Assembly (NCBI GenBank): GCA_963668645.2
Contig: CAXXWC010000013.1
Span: forward strand, 160,001-224,000
Reading direction: 5' to 3'
DNA: 64,000 nucleotides
DNA from: Desulfobacterales bacterium
GTDB lineage: Bacteria; Desulfobacterota; Desulfobacteria; Desulfobacterales; UBA2174
The notes under the pieces are model-generated. The model ran no database searches. It saw only the letters and a list, made by a program, of their open reading frames with translations, and had not been told where the DNA came from. The position numbers and the translations under genes are program-made. Shown piece after piece: positions 11,110 through 21,000 of this stretch. Each line of letters opens with the position of its first letter. Position 1 is the stretch's first letter.

Positions 11110-11300
11110 GGGCGCACTGCACCTGCTGCTGACCGGTGTGGTCATGCCGCAATCAACGGCAGGCAGAGCTTTTCAACCGAATATCGGCAAAGCATCCGAC
11201 ACTAAAGGTCCTCTATATGCCTGGCTACACGGACGAAATGGTCGCGCACCAAAGTGTTTTGAACCAAGCGGTGCATTTTATCCGGGAGCCGTTTACCATT
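11110..11300 (+). pseudogene. Frameshifted remnant of a response-regulator receiver domain
   Basis: GALHLLLTGVVMPQ in one frame continues as AELFNRISAKHPTLKVLYMPGYTDEMVAHQSVLNQAVHFIREPFT in another. This is a typical hybrid-kinase C-terminal receiver with the phospho-Asp replaced by Gly. Confidence 0.7.
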
Positions 11301-11404
11301 CAGGGGGATGATGGCCGAGGTACGACAAGTGCTGAGGGAGTGAGGGAGCCCAGCCGATCATCCGCCCTGCGGATCGGGCGATGCTGAAATAAGAACACCA
11401 ACGC

Positions 11405-14101
11405 ATGAAGCCAACCGACAGCCGTTCTACGCTTGTCGCTGTAATGGTCATCAACGACATTCCCCGGCGCGATTTTTTGACCCGCCTGCTGGAAAACGCC
11501 GAGCTGAAAGTGTTTTCTTTTTCCGATGCGGCCCAGGCCCTTGCCCACATGGCGCGGCAGGTCCCGCCGGCGCTGATCGTCGCCGGACCGGACCTGCCGG
11601 GCATTGAGACGGTAAGCGCGCTTCTCGAAGGCCGTGGCGCCGCGGCGATGCCTCGCCCCTTCGACCCGGGTCCCGCATCCAGCCCCGGGCAAGCGATGGG
11701 GCGCGGAAAGGAAAGGCCCGCGACCGGCGTGCGGCGATTGGGCCGCAGGGAAATTTACAAACGCGCTTTACAGAGAATAAAGGCGGCGCAATCGGCAACC
11801 TTGCAAAAAAAGTCCGAAGAGCGGCGCCTGCTGCTGGACACCATCGACACCCAGATCTGGTACCTGGCCGACTTTGAAACCTATGGTGCCGTCAACCGCG
11901 CACATGCCGCGTTTCTAGGTTGCCATCCCCGGGATATCGCCTACAAGAAACTGGAAGCCGTCGTTTCCAAAGAGGTTGCCGCAGGGCGCAAAGCCGTCAA
12001 CGCCGAGGTTTTTCAAAGCGGGCGGGCGCTGCAAACCGAAGCGTGGATGCCCAACGCCAAGGGCGAGCTGCGTCTGATTCGAATTACCAGAACGCCGAAA
12101 CTGGATCAAAACGGCCGGGTCAAGTTCGTGGTCTGCGCCGCAACGGATATCACCGAGCTGCGCCGCTCGGAAGAGCGTTTCCGGCGCATCTTTGAAAATG
12201 CCCCCATCGGTATCGCGTTTCACGACCGAAGGGGCAGGTTGTCGATGATCAACCGCGCCGCAATCGACATCTTCGGTATCGTCGACCCGGAGGAACTTGC
12301 CGGATTCAACCTTTTTTCCAGTCCGAATGTCGGTGAAGGCAAAGCGTCTGCATTAGCGAAAGGCCAAACGATAAGCTATGAACGCCGGTTCGATTTTGAG
12401 CAGATCCGCCAAGCCGATTTGTTTCGAACGGCGAAAACCGGCGCCATCGACGTGAATGTGCAGATCCGGCCCTTGGGCCGAACGGATACGGGGTGCCCCT
12501 CGGGCTACCTGGTGCTGACGGAGGACGTATCCGAACGCAATCGGCTTCAACGCCAGCTGGCCCAAAACGAACAGCAACTGCGCAATATCGTGGAACACAG
12601 CACCAACCTCTTTTATACCCATACGCCGGACCGGCTGCTGACCTACATCAGCCCCCAGGTCGAGGAGATTTTCGGCTACACGCCCCAGGAAGCCACGGCC
12701 AGATGGGCCGAACTGATCACCGAAAACCCGGCCAACGTCAGGGGGATGGAGATCCGCCAACAGGCCATCGACTCCGGCCAGGCCCAGCCACCCTACGAGT
12801 TGGAGCTGCGGCATAAAAACAAGCGGCCCGTATGGGTGGAAATCCGCGAGGCCCCCGTGGTCGAAAACGGCCGTACCGTGGCCATCGTCGGTTCATGCAC
12901 CGACATCACGGCCCGCCGCCAGGCCGAAACGATGCTTCGGGCAAGCGAGGCCCGGTACCGGCTTCTGGCCCAAAACGTCAGGGATATCATCTGGGTACGG
13001 GATTTGGCGCTGAATTTGATTTATGTCAGCCCCTCGATTGAGGGGGTGCTCGGTTACACGCCCCAAGAGATGAGGCGCCAGCCCATGGAAGCGATTTATA
13101 CCGAAGAGTCGGCCAAGAGGGCGGCGCTTTTGTTCGCCGGAATGCTTGAAGCCCAAAGAGCCGGCGGCGACCAGACCCAGGAAAACTATACGGTCGAACT
13201 GGAATACCGCTGCAAGGATGGGCACACGATATTGATGGAGGACAGGCTTTCCTGGTTGTACGACCCTCGCGGCAACTGCACCGGAATCCTCGGTGTCAAC
13301 CGGGACATTACCGAACGGCGCAGGATGCAAAAGGAGCGCTTGGACCTGGAGCGGCGGATTCAGCAGATTCAAAAGACCGAAAGCCTCGAGCGCATGGCTG
13401 CGGCCATCGCCCACAAGTTCAACAATTATCTAGCGGGGATTTTGGGCAATCTGGAACTTGCCGGAGAAGTCCTGCCGCCGGGGTCGGCGGCGGGGGCCTA
13501 TCTGGAGGAAGCCGCCGGTGCGGCGCGCCGGGCGACAAGCATCGGTGAAGCGATGCTCACCTATCTGGGCCATATGCCGGCACCGCCCGAACCGGTCGAT
13601 CTGGCGTCCGTCTGTCAAAAAACGATAGCCGAATGGCGTTTTGCTCTTCCGCCTACCATTGCCCTGGCCGCCAAGTTTCCCGACTCCGGGCCGGTCATTC
13701 TGGCCGGTGCCGAACGGGTCCGGGAGGTGTTGAACAATGTGCTGACCAACGCCCGGGAGGCCATCGGTTGTGAAAGCGGCTTCATCCGGGTCCGGCTCTG
13801 CACTTTGGACGGGTCTCAAATTGATGAAGCGCACCTTTTCCCCATCGATTTTGCGCCGCAGGCGGGCAGTTACGCATGTTTGGAAGTCGCCAACAGCGGG
13901 ACCCCGATTTGCGAAACGGAGGTCGATAAGCTTTTCGATCCTTTCTACACCACCAAATTCATCGGTCGAGGACTCGGCCTGCCGGTGGTTCTGGGGGCGG
14001 TGGAGGTGGATCGGGGCGCGGTGGCCGTGACCAGCGATGCCGCCGGTCGAACCATTTTTCGGATTTTCTGGCCAACCGATGGCGGGCATGGATTGAAATG
14101 A
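11405..14101 (+). CDS. Multi-PAS sensor histidine kinase with a degenerate N-terminal receiver-like segment
   Basis: Four PAS/PAC units (ending DITE, DVSE, DITA, DITE); H-box AIAHKFNN; N-box NVLTNAREA; FDPFYTTK and GRGLGL. Confidence 0.9.
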   Translation: MKPTDSRSTLVAVMVINDIPRRDFLTRLLENAELKVFSFSDAAQALAHMARQVPPALIVAGPDLPGIETVSALLEGRGAAAMPRPFDPGPASSPGQAMGRGKERPATGVRRLGRREIYKRALQRIKAAQSATLQKKSEERRLLLDTIDTQIWYLADFETYGAVNRAHAAFLGCHPRDIAYKKLEAVVSKEVAAGRKAVNAEVFQSGRALQTEAWMPNAKGELRLIRITRTPKLDQNGRVKFVVCAATDITELRRSEERFRRIFENAPIGIAFHDRRGRLSMINRAAIDIFGIVDPEELAGFNLFSSPNVGEGKASALAKGQTISYERRFDFEQIRQADLFRTAKTGAIDVNVQIRPLGRTDTGCPSGYLVLTEDVSERNRLQRQLAQNEQQLRNIVEHSTNLFYTHTPDRLLTYISPQVEEIFGYTPQEATARWAELITENPANVRGMEIRQQAIDSGQAQPPYELELRHKNKRPVWVEIREAPVVENGRTVAIVGSCTDITARRQAETMLRASEARYRLLAQNVRDIIWVRDLALNLIYVSPSIEGVLGYTPQEMRRQPMEAIYTEESAKRAALLFAGMLEAQRAGGDQTQENYTVELEYRCKDGHTILMEDRLSWLYDPRGNCTGILGVNRDITERRRMQKERLDLERRIQQIQKTESLERMAAAIAHKFNNYLAGILGNLELAGEVLPPGSAAGAYLEEAAGAARRATSIGEAMLTYLGHMPAPPEPVDLASVCQKTIAEWRFALPPTIALAAKFPDSGPVILAGAERVREVLNNVLTNAREAIGCESGFIRVRLCTLDGSQIDEAHLFPIDFAPQAGSYACLEVANSGTPICETEVDKLFDPFYTTKFIGRGLGLPVVLGAVEVDRGAVAVTSDAAGRTIFRIFWPTDGGHGLK

Positions 14102-15192
14102 AAAAGGATGGCGAAATGAGCGGCGGCTTTTTCCTGCGCGGGGAGATTACCGCCCAGGATTGCAATGAGCAGATTTACGCCCGCATCCTTGAAACCTCCA
14201 TGGACGGATTCTGGCTGGTGAACCATGAGGGCCGCATCATAGAAGCCAATGAGGCCGCCGCGCGGATGGCCGGATACAGCCGCGATGAGATGCGCCACCT
14301 GCACACCAGCGACATCGAAGTCCATCAGTCCGCGCAAATGAAGGGCGAAAGCATAGACACGGCGATGACCATGGGTATCGAACGATTCGAGACCATTCAC
14401 CGGCGCAAAGACGGCACCGTCATCGCGGTGACGGTCAGTTGCCGCCGTCTTCGGATGGACGGTGGGTTGATCGCGGTTTTTGTGCACGATATGACCGGCC
14501 GCAAGATGTTGGAAGAAAAATTGATTCGTTCTGCGGAGTACCAACAAAAAAGACTCGCCCAGGAACTGCACGATGGATTGTGCCAGGATCTGAAGAGCCT
14601 GGAGTTCGAGGCGACCATCCTCGAAGACTTGCTGGTGGGCCGCGATTCAACAGCGGCGGCCCGAGTCGCGGTGATCGGCCTCCAGGCCAACCGCGCCGTT
14701 CGTACCCTTTATGCCATCATGCACGGATTGCTGCCGCCCGGTCTGAAGGCCGCGCGGTTTGCCACCGCCATCGATGCCCTGGCGCGTGGCGCGGAGGCCG
14801 ATGGCGGTCTTCACATCGAACGCCGGATCCAGGATGCACTCGAAGCGCCCGGCGACCAGGCTGCCTATCAGTTGTACCGTATTGCCCAGGAGGCCCTGGG
14901 AAACGCCTTGCACCATGCCAAGGCCGGTTCGGTCTCGATCGTTTGGGAGATGGACGAGGGGCAGCTTGTGCTTGCGGTCGAGGACGATGGCGTGGGATTT
15001 GACATTAAAAAGGCCCGTTCTGCGTGCACAGGGATGGGGCTGATGGTTATGCGGTCACGGGCCAACGCCATCGGTGCCGCCTTCGATATTCAAAGCCGGC
15101 CCGGCAAAGGGACCTGGGTGCAGGTGAGGTGTGATGCCTGGCAGGCGATTTTGTGCAAGGCATCACTGCTGGAAGTGCTGCGTAAGGGATAG
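14098..15192 (+). CDS. PAS sensor histidine kinase, HisKA_3 (NarX/UhpB-like)
   Basis: LAQELHDGLCQ H-box, YRIAQEALGNALHHA, DDGVGF and GMGL motifs; ATGA overlap with the upstream kinase. Confidence 0.92.
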   Translation: MKKDGEMSGGFFLRGEITAQDCNEQIYARILETSMDGFWLVNHEGRIIEANEAAARMAGYSRDEMRHLHTSDIEVHQSAQMKGESIDTAMTMGIERFETIHRRKDGTVIAVTVSCRRLRMDGGLIAVFVHDMTGRKMLEEKLIRSAEYQQKRLAQELHDGLCQDLKSLEFEATILEDLLVGRDSTAAARVAVIGLQANRAVRTLYAIMHGLLPPGLKAARFATAIDALARGAEADGGLHIERRIQDALEAPGDQAAYQLYRIAQEALGNALHHAKAGSVSIVWEMDEGQLVLAVEDDGVGFDIKKARSACTGMGLMVMRSRANAIGAAFDIQSRPGKGTWVQVRCDAWQAILCKASLLEVLRKG

Positions 15193-15222
15193 AAGGGCCG
15201 CTTTTTTGATATAAGGACCGCC

Positions 15223-15885
15223 ATGGGGAAGATACGAATCCTGATTATCGACGATCACCCGGCCATGCGTCACGGGTTGGCGAGGCTGATTGAAACGGAA
15301 GCGGACTTGGAAATCATCGGGGAGGCCGGAAACCGAAGCGAGGCGCTGGCGGCGGCCGAGCGCCAACGACCGGACCTGGTCATCCTAGACCTTGCGCTAA
15401 ACGATTCGGTGGCCGCCGGAATCGATATGATCGCAGAGGTCCGTTCTTTGGCCGAGACGGTGCCGATCCTGGTCTACTCGATGCACGACGAATCGATCTA
15501 CGCCGAACGCGCCCTGCACGCCGGGGCCTGCGGCTACCTGATGAAACAGGCGCCGGTGCGCCAGGTTATCGAGGCGGTTCGCAGCATAATGAATCACGGT
15601 ATCTATGTCAGCGCGGAAATGACGCGCCGCCTGTTGATGGGGCATGTGGGGGCCCGCAAGGAGCCCCAAAAGTGCTCTTCACCGCAGGAATGCCTCTCCG
15701 AGCGCGAGTTCGAGGTGTTCCGGATGGTCGGTTACGGGTGGCCGCCGCGTGAAATCGCCGAAAAGCTGTGTCTGAGCGTCAAGACAGTGGAGTCCCACCG
15801 AACCAATATCCGCCGAAAGCTCGACCTGGACGATGCCGCCGAATTGACCAAGTTCGCCGTGGCCTGGGTCCACCGCACCGACTGA
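15223..15885 (+). CDS. NarL/FixJ-family response regulator (receiver + LuxR HTH)
   Basis: IDDHP, PDLVILDL, SMHD, GYLMK and LSEREFEV...LSVKTVESHRTNIRRKL. Confidence 0.95.
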   Translation: MGKIRILIIDDHPAMRHGLARLIETEADLEIIGEAGNRSEALAAAERQRPDLVILDLALNDSVAAGIDMIAEVRSLAETVPILVYSMHDESIYAERALHAGACGYLMKQAPVRQVIEAVRSIMNHGIYVSAEMTRRLLMGHVGARKEPQKCSSPQECLSEREFEVFRMVGYGWPPREIAEKLCLSVKTVESHRTNIRRKLDLDDAAELTKFAVAWVHRTD

Positions 15886-16041
15886 CGGTTTCGTTTTTTT
15901 CAAATTTGGGCCCCCGGGCTCACAGCAATGGCCTCGGCCTTCATTCAAACGTGGCATGACCGTGCCAATGGCTGAGACGAAATACAATTCCTGTCTTAAA
16001 AGAAGGTCTTCAGTCAATTGTCCCACCAATTCCGGTCCGCG

Positions 16042-16069
16042 GTCAGGGTAATCTCCGGGATGCCCTGAC
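16042..16069. promoter_or_regulatory. Inverted repeat upstream of the secreted-structure operon (candidate operator or hairpin)
   Basis: GTCAGGGTA-N10-TGCCCTGAC (8/9 match), located between the response regulator and the 16215 gene. Confidence 0.35.
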
Positions 16070-16214
16070 GGCAGATTGTCTGGTTTTAGTCTCTTTTAGC
16101 CTCCACAGAAAATATTGCTTCGCATTTTTAGATGCAGCCTAGTACATTTTCCCCACGCTAAAGAAGCTTGTACTTCGTTTTCAACGATCATATCGAGATG
16201 TTGGGGGTGTCCAA

Positions 16215-16895
16215 ATGTGGGATAACGACAAATGTTTCTCGTCCAATCTTTTGCATAGGATCGGGTGTTGTACGGCTCTATGGCTTTTGCTGGTTTTTGC
16301 GATGGTATGGCTCGCTGCGCCGGCGGCGCTGGCCAACGGTCTTTTCGAGGATAATTCCTGGCAGTTTGAAACGACGGCCGACCGGGCCAACAAGGCCGTC
16401 GTTCTGGATCTGATCCTGAAGCAGAAAGCCGGGGCTTACAACTACAGCTATACCAACACCAACACGATTAACTATAACATTGACGGGGACTATATCGATT
16501 GCAACATGACGTCCCAGGCCACCGGCAACTCCGGGAGCGTCTCCCAGGATGCGCCGGTGGGATCTCCGTCCATTACGGTAGATTCGACCACCTCATCTTC
16601 GACCACGGGAAACTCAGGCACCGGTACGGTCACGGCCGGAGGCAATTCGTCCAGCACCGATGGGGACGACAGCAGCGCTTCGGCCGATGGCACCAACACG
16701 GTCAGCAACAACCAGAGCAATGACGGCAGCAGCCAGAGTTCCTCGGCCGATGGCAACAGTTTTTCATCCACTGTCTCCGAGGTTTCAGGAAGCGGGGGAG
16801 AGGCCAGCGTCGCGCTGAATTCATCCCAGTCCGTGGACAACACCACCGTTTCATCCACCATTTCCAACAGTGACGTCTGTCGCTTTCAACAGTGA
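16215..16895 (+). CDS. Secreted Ser/Thr/Asn/Gly-rich protein, HfaA/CsgB-like minor subunit candidate
   Basis: Hydrophobic signal region ending AAPAALA; mature part has ATGNSG, TTGNSG and ADGNS motifs like those of the giant protein; two mature Cys (YIDCN, SDVCR). The start could be later (e.g. MVWLAAP). Confidence 0.7.
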   Translation: MWDNDKCFSSNLLHRIGCCTALWLLLVFAMVWLAAPAALANGLFEDNSWQFETTADRANKAVVLDLILKQKAGAYNYSYTNTNTINYNIDGDYIDCNMTSQATGNSGSVSQDAPVGSPSITVDSTTSSSTTGNSGTGTVTAGGNSSSTDGDDSSASADGTNTVSNNQSNDGSSQSSSADGNSFSSTVSEVSGSGGEASVALNSSQSVDNTTVSSTISNSDVCRFQQ

Positions 16896-16907
16896 GGGGA
16901 GTTGGTA

Positions 16908-17933
16908 ATGCGCCTTATCTTGTCGCTGTTATGCACAGCATTGTTGACTACAGGATGCGCCGGTATCCGGATGCAGACCCTGTCTTCCGGTGAGGCCCCG
17001 GTGGTCGTCGGCCCGGCGGTGCGCGCCAACAGGACCCCACTGGACTCGGCCATGGCCTGCTACAATCAGCTTCTTGCCGCCAAGTTGGGCGGCAAGAAGC
17101 TGCAAATCGCCGTGGGCGAAGTCAAGGACTATACCGGAAAGCTTTCCGATTCCCAGGGTACGGCGGTCACCCAGGGCGGATCGCTGATGCTTTTTTCCGG
17201 TCTTTACAAGCTCAAGGATGCGGTGACGATCCATGACCGTTTCGACATGCGGGTTACCGACGCGGAACTCAAGTATATCGGCCGCAGGCAGCTCGGAGAC
17301 GGCCAAAACCATGAGGTCGGCGGCAAGAAGGTGCCGTGGATGCCTTACTTCGGGGGCTCGATCAAGAAGTCGGATTACGCGATTCTCGGCGGGATTACCG
17401 AGGTCAATTACAACATTCAATCCGGTGGCGCCGAAGTGCGGGTCAACCAGGTCGGGCCTGCTGCGCGCGTGTATACGTTGAACGTGGCCACCGACCTGCG
17501 CATGATCAAGACCCAGACCCTCGAAGTGGTTTCGGCGATCAGTCTGCAAAAGCAGTTCACCGGGTACGAGGTGGGATTCGAGACCTACAGGTTTTACGAT
17601 CTGTTCGGTGACAGTGATCTTTTGGACATCAATATCGGCAACAAGAGCCAGGAGCCGATGCAGTTGGGCATCAGGGCCATTATCGAAGAGTCGATTCTGA
17701 AGCTGATCGCCGATGCCACCGGTGTTTCCTGCGAGGACTGCTTGCCCAAGGTCTGGCGCTATCCAGAGGAGGCGGCACCTGCGATTGACGGCGGCCAGAA
17801 CGGGCAGGGCGCCGAGGCGAATCCATCGGTAATGGCGGATGATGCAACGGAAGCCAAGAATGACAAGGAGACACCGTTGAACCTGAAAGGCAACGGGGCT
17901 CAAAAGGGCAATGGCGACACAAAGCCGGAATGA
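16908..17933 (+). CDS. CsgG/HfaB-family outer-membrane lipoprotein (curli/holdfast-anchor secretion pore family)
   Basis: Lipobox LTTG-C; IAVGEVKDYTGK, VTQGGSLML, ILGGITEVNYNIQSGG, VATDLRMIKTQTLEVV and QEPMQLGIRAIIE match the CsgG/HfaB pattern. Confidence 0.85.
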   Translation: MRLILSLLCTALLTTGCAGIRMQTLSSGEAPVVVGPAVRANRTPLDSAMACYNQLLAAKLGGKKLQIAVGEVKDYTGKLSDSQGTAVTQGGSLMLFSGLYKLKDAVTIHDRFDMRVTDAELKYIGRRQLGDGQNHEVGGKKVPWMPYFGGSIKKSDYAILGGITEVNYNIQSGGAEVRVNQVGPAARVYTLNVATDLRMIKTQTLEVVSAISLQKQFTGYEVGFETYRFYDLFGDSDLLDINIGNKSQEPMQLGIRAIIEESILKLIADATGVSCEDCLPKVWRYPEEAAPAIDGGQNGQGAEANPSVMADDATEAKNDKETPLNLKGNGAQKGNGDTKPE

Positions 17934-18075
17934 GGCATGGCGCGCAGGCGTTTTGAAAAGCGTCAGGCGCGACAAGGTCGTAACAGATCTGAAAGTGACG
18001 CCAAGTCATTTCAGTCTTTTTCTATTTTTTAATTTTAAATAATTTTAAATCACCGATCAAATCAGGAGAATCGAC

Positions 18076-21000
18076 ATGTCCAGATCAAGAATCAACTTCC
18101 GTAGATTGCTTCCAAAACTGACTGGATCGGGGTATCCGTTTGTTTGCATGCTGGCAATCCTGATCATGACCGTGAGTCCGGCGCAGGCTTCCATGACCTA
18201 TAGCTTCGGTTCGGCGCCGGTGGTCACCGACAGCAGTCTGGTCAACGATGCTTACCAGATCAATTCGCTCGCGGAGATTCTGGCCGGCAATCAGTCTCTG
18301 ATTCCGGTGAACATCACCTCGAGCGGATTGGTCAACTCGACGGTGGATGACAATGCCATCTATTCGATCGCGCTGGCCAACTCGTCCACCCTGTCGACCG
18401 ATATCGAGTTGGTGACCGGCAGTGCGGCCGGCAGCAGCCTGACTTCTATCAATGCCCAGGAAAATTACGAGATTACGACCTTCGCCGGGGTCAGCGCCAG
18501 CAGTGTGACCTCGGCCCTCACCGATGCCGCCGACGGGTCCTTGGCCTCTTTGTCCGGCAACAGCATCTCGGCCGAAACCGGTCTCAATCAGAGCGCGCAG
18601 GCGGTGCAGGGCAGTGTCGACACCACTTTTGACAGCAGTCATCTCGGCGGGGCCGTGATCACCGACAGTTCGCCATTGTTGGTTGGAGACGCCGGTCTGT
18701 TCGCAGGCTCGTCCCAGATCAACCGCCTGGTGGCGCCCGCTTCCGGCGAAACCGACTTTGCCGAGGTTTCCGGCAACCAGATCGCCCTGACGGCCAACAC
18801 CTCATCCGGGGTTGATACAGGCAGCCCGCTCAGCCTGACGGCCGATGAGAACAGCATCGGTGCGGCATTTACCGGCAACAGCGCCGAAAACGTGGTGGCG
18901 GTGGAAACCGGCGGCGCCACGGCCCTGACTTCCTCGGCGGGGATCGCCAATCTGCAGGTCAATTCGGCTGTCGCCGCCGCCAACGGTGACAGCGCCAGCC
19001 TGTCAGAGTCCAGCATCAGCGTCTCGGTCCAGACCGATGCCGCCAATACCGAAGACCCCCTGACGGCCAGCAGCATCTCTTTTGACGGCAACAGCCTTGA
19101 AGCGTCAGCCGTTGGCAGCGAGTCCGTCAACCAGCTCACGGTGGCCGAGGGGTTGAATGTGGACGCAGACGGCGGCCAGGCCAACAGCATCGATTTTACC
19201 AGCGGCAGTGAAACCCTCACCGTCGAAGGGGGGCTGTTCCTGGGAAATGCCCAGCTGGCCATCGATTCCGCCGTCACGGCTCGCGCGACGGGTCCGGCCA
19301 CCGGCCCGGCCCTGAGTGTTGACAGCCGCGGCCTGATCAATTCCGCGCTGAGTGCCGACGGCAACAGCTTCGAAGCGATCGCACTGGGCAACGATGCCTC
19401 CAGCACCCTGTCAGTGGGCGGTGCCACCAGTTTCACAAGCACCGTGGCGGCCCAGAATGTCCAGGCGAGCGTGGACAGCGCCGTTTCCGCGGTGGCCGAT
19501 TCCGGGACCATCGAAGTCAGGGTCGGTGCTGGTGAACTCGCTACCGATCCGACCACTGCGACGCTTTCAGAAACGGACACGGTTAGCGGTTCTTCGATTT
19601 CTGTCGACGACAACACCGTCAGCGCCCTGGCGGTGGCCAACCGCGATCCGCTGGTGGTCAGCATCAAAGGCACCAATGTCACCGACGGCATCAGCCAGGT
19701 CGCCGGCGCCTCCCTCGACTATGGCACGCGTCTGATGGCCTCGACCGCCGGCCTGTCCGCCGTCAGCGGCCAGTTGGCGTCAGGCAGCAGCGTTGCGGCC
19801 AGCAATACGGATGCTGAAATCAGCCTGTCTGCCGGCGATTTTCCCACGGGTTATACTACTGGGCCTGCAGTGAACAACTCGACGTTGACCCAGTCGGGAA
19901 ACACCGTGTCGTCGCTGGCCAATCTCAATGAAGGACTGGTGGCGCTCGGGGTGGAAGCCAACGCCATCGACGCGTCCAGCTCGGTGGCCTCGGCCCAAAA
20001 CGCCACCGTATCGAATGTGACGGCCGTCACTTCCGGCATTATCTCCACCGGTATCAACGCACACCAGCTTGATTCCGGCTCTGCGGCGGTCAACGAGAAC
20101 CTGACCGTCCTGGTCGGCGACGGGGACTTGAGCGACGATACCGATACCGGTAACAGCATTTCGGCCACCGCCGGCGGCAACCTGAATGAGACGGTCCTGG
20201 ATGTGGCGGCCACCACCAGCATGCTGGTGACGGGCGTTATTGACCAAAATGGCGCTAGCAGCAGCGTTCTATCGATTTCGGCCGGCCCGCTGAATCAAGC
20301 CATGGCCGAGATGTCGGTACTCACCGACCAGCGCTTGGACAACAACACGATTTCGGCAACAACCGAATATAGCCAGATTATCGGTGTCATCCGGCGCGCC
20401 GAATTCGACCTTGCCGACTCCACCCTGAACGTGGACGGCAATCGAATTACGGCCACGGCCAGAGGCAACCTGACCAGCAACAGCCTCGATTTTTCGGCCC
20501 TTGACATCGATATGTCCGCCGCCGACGCCACGGGTGGTGCGGCCGGCTCAAATCTGGCCGCGACGGGTGCGGTCCAGGTGATCGGGGAAAGCAGCATTGC
20601 GGCGGCAGTGAATGCCGGCGGAGGGAAGGAAATCAGAGGCAGAATGTTCAGCGCCGGCAGCGATCTGGCCAATATTGCACTTTCCGTGGATCAAAACGAG
20701 GTGGTGGCTGCCGCAACCGGCAACATCGCCACCAGCAGTCTGAGCGGGTCGGGCGGTGTTCTTGCCGAGGATGCCCCCGGGACTCTCTATGGCTCGGTGC
20801 AGATCGGCGCTTTGCCGACGGATGGGGTTCAGATTGCCGATACGGCTGTCGCGAATGCCATTCTCCAGGTCAATGCCGGCTCCGTCAGTGCCAGTCTGGC
20901 CACTACGGGGGCCTATGAGATCATCGGCCGGATCGACTCATCGGCAACTGCGATCAATGACAACCTGGATCTTTCGGTAGACGGGAACCGGGCCGTTGCG

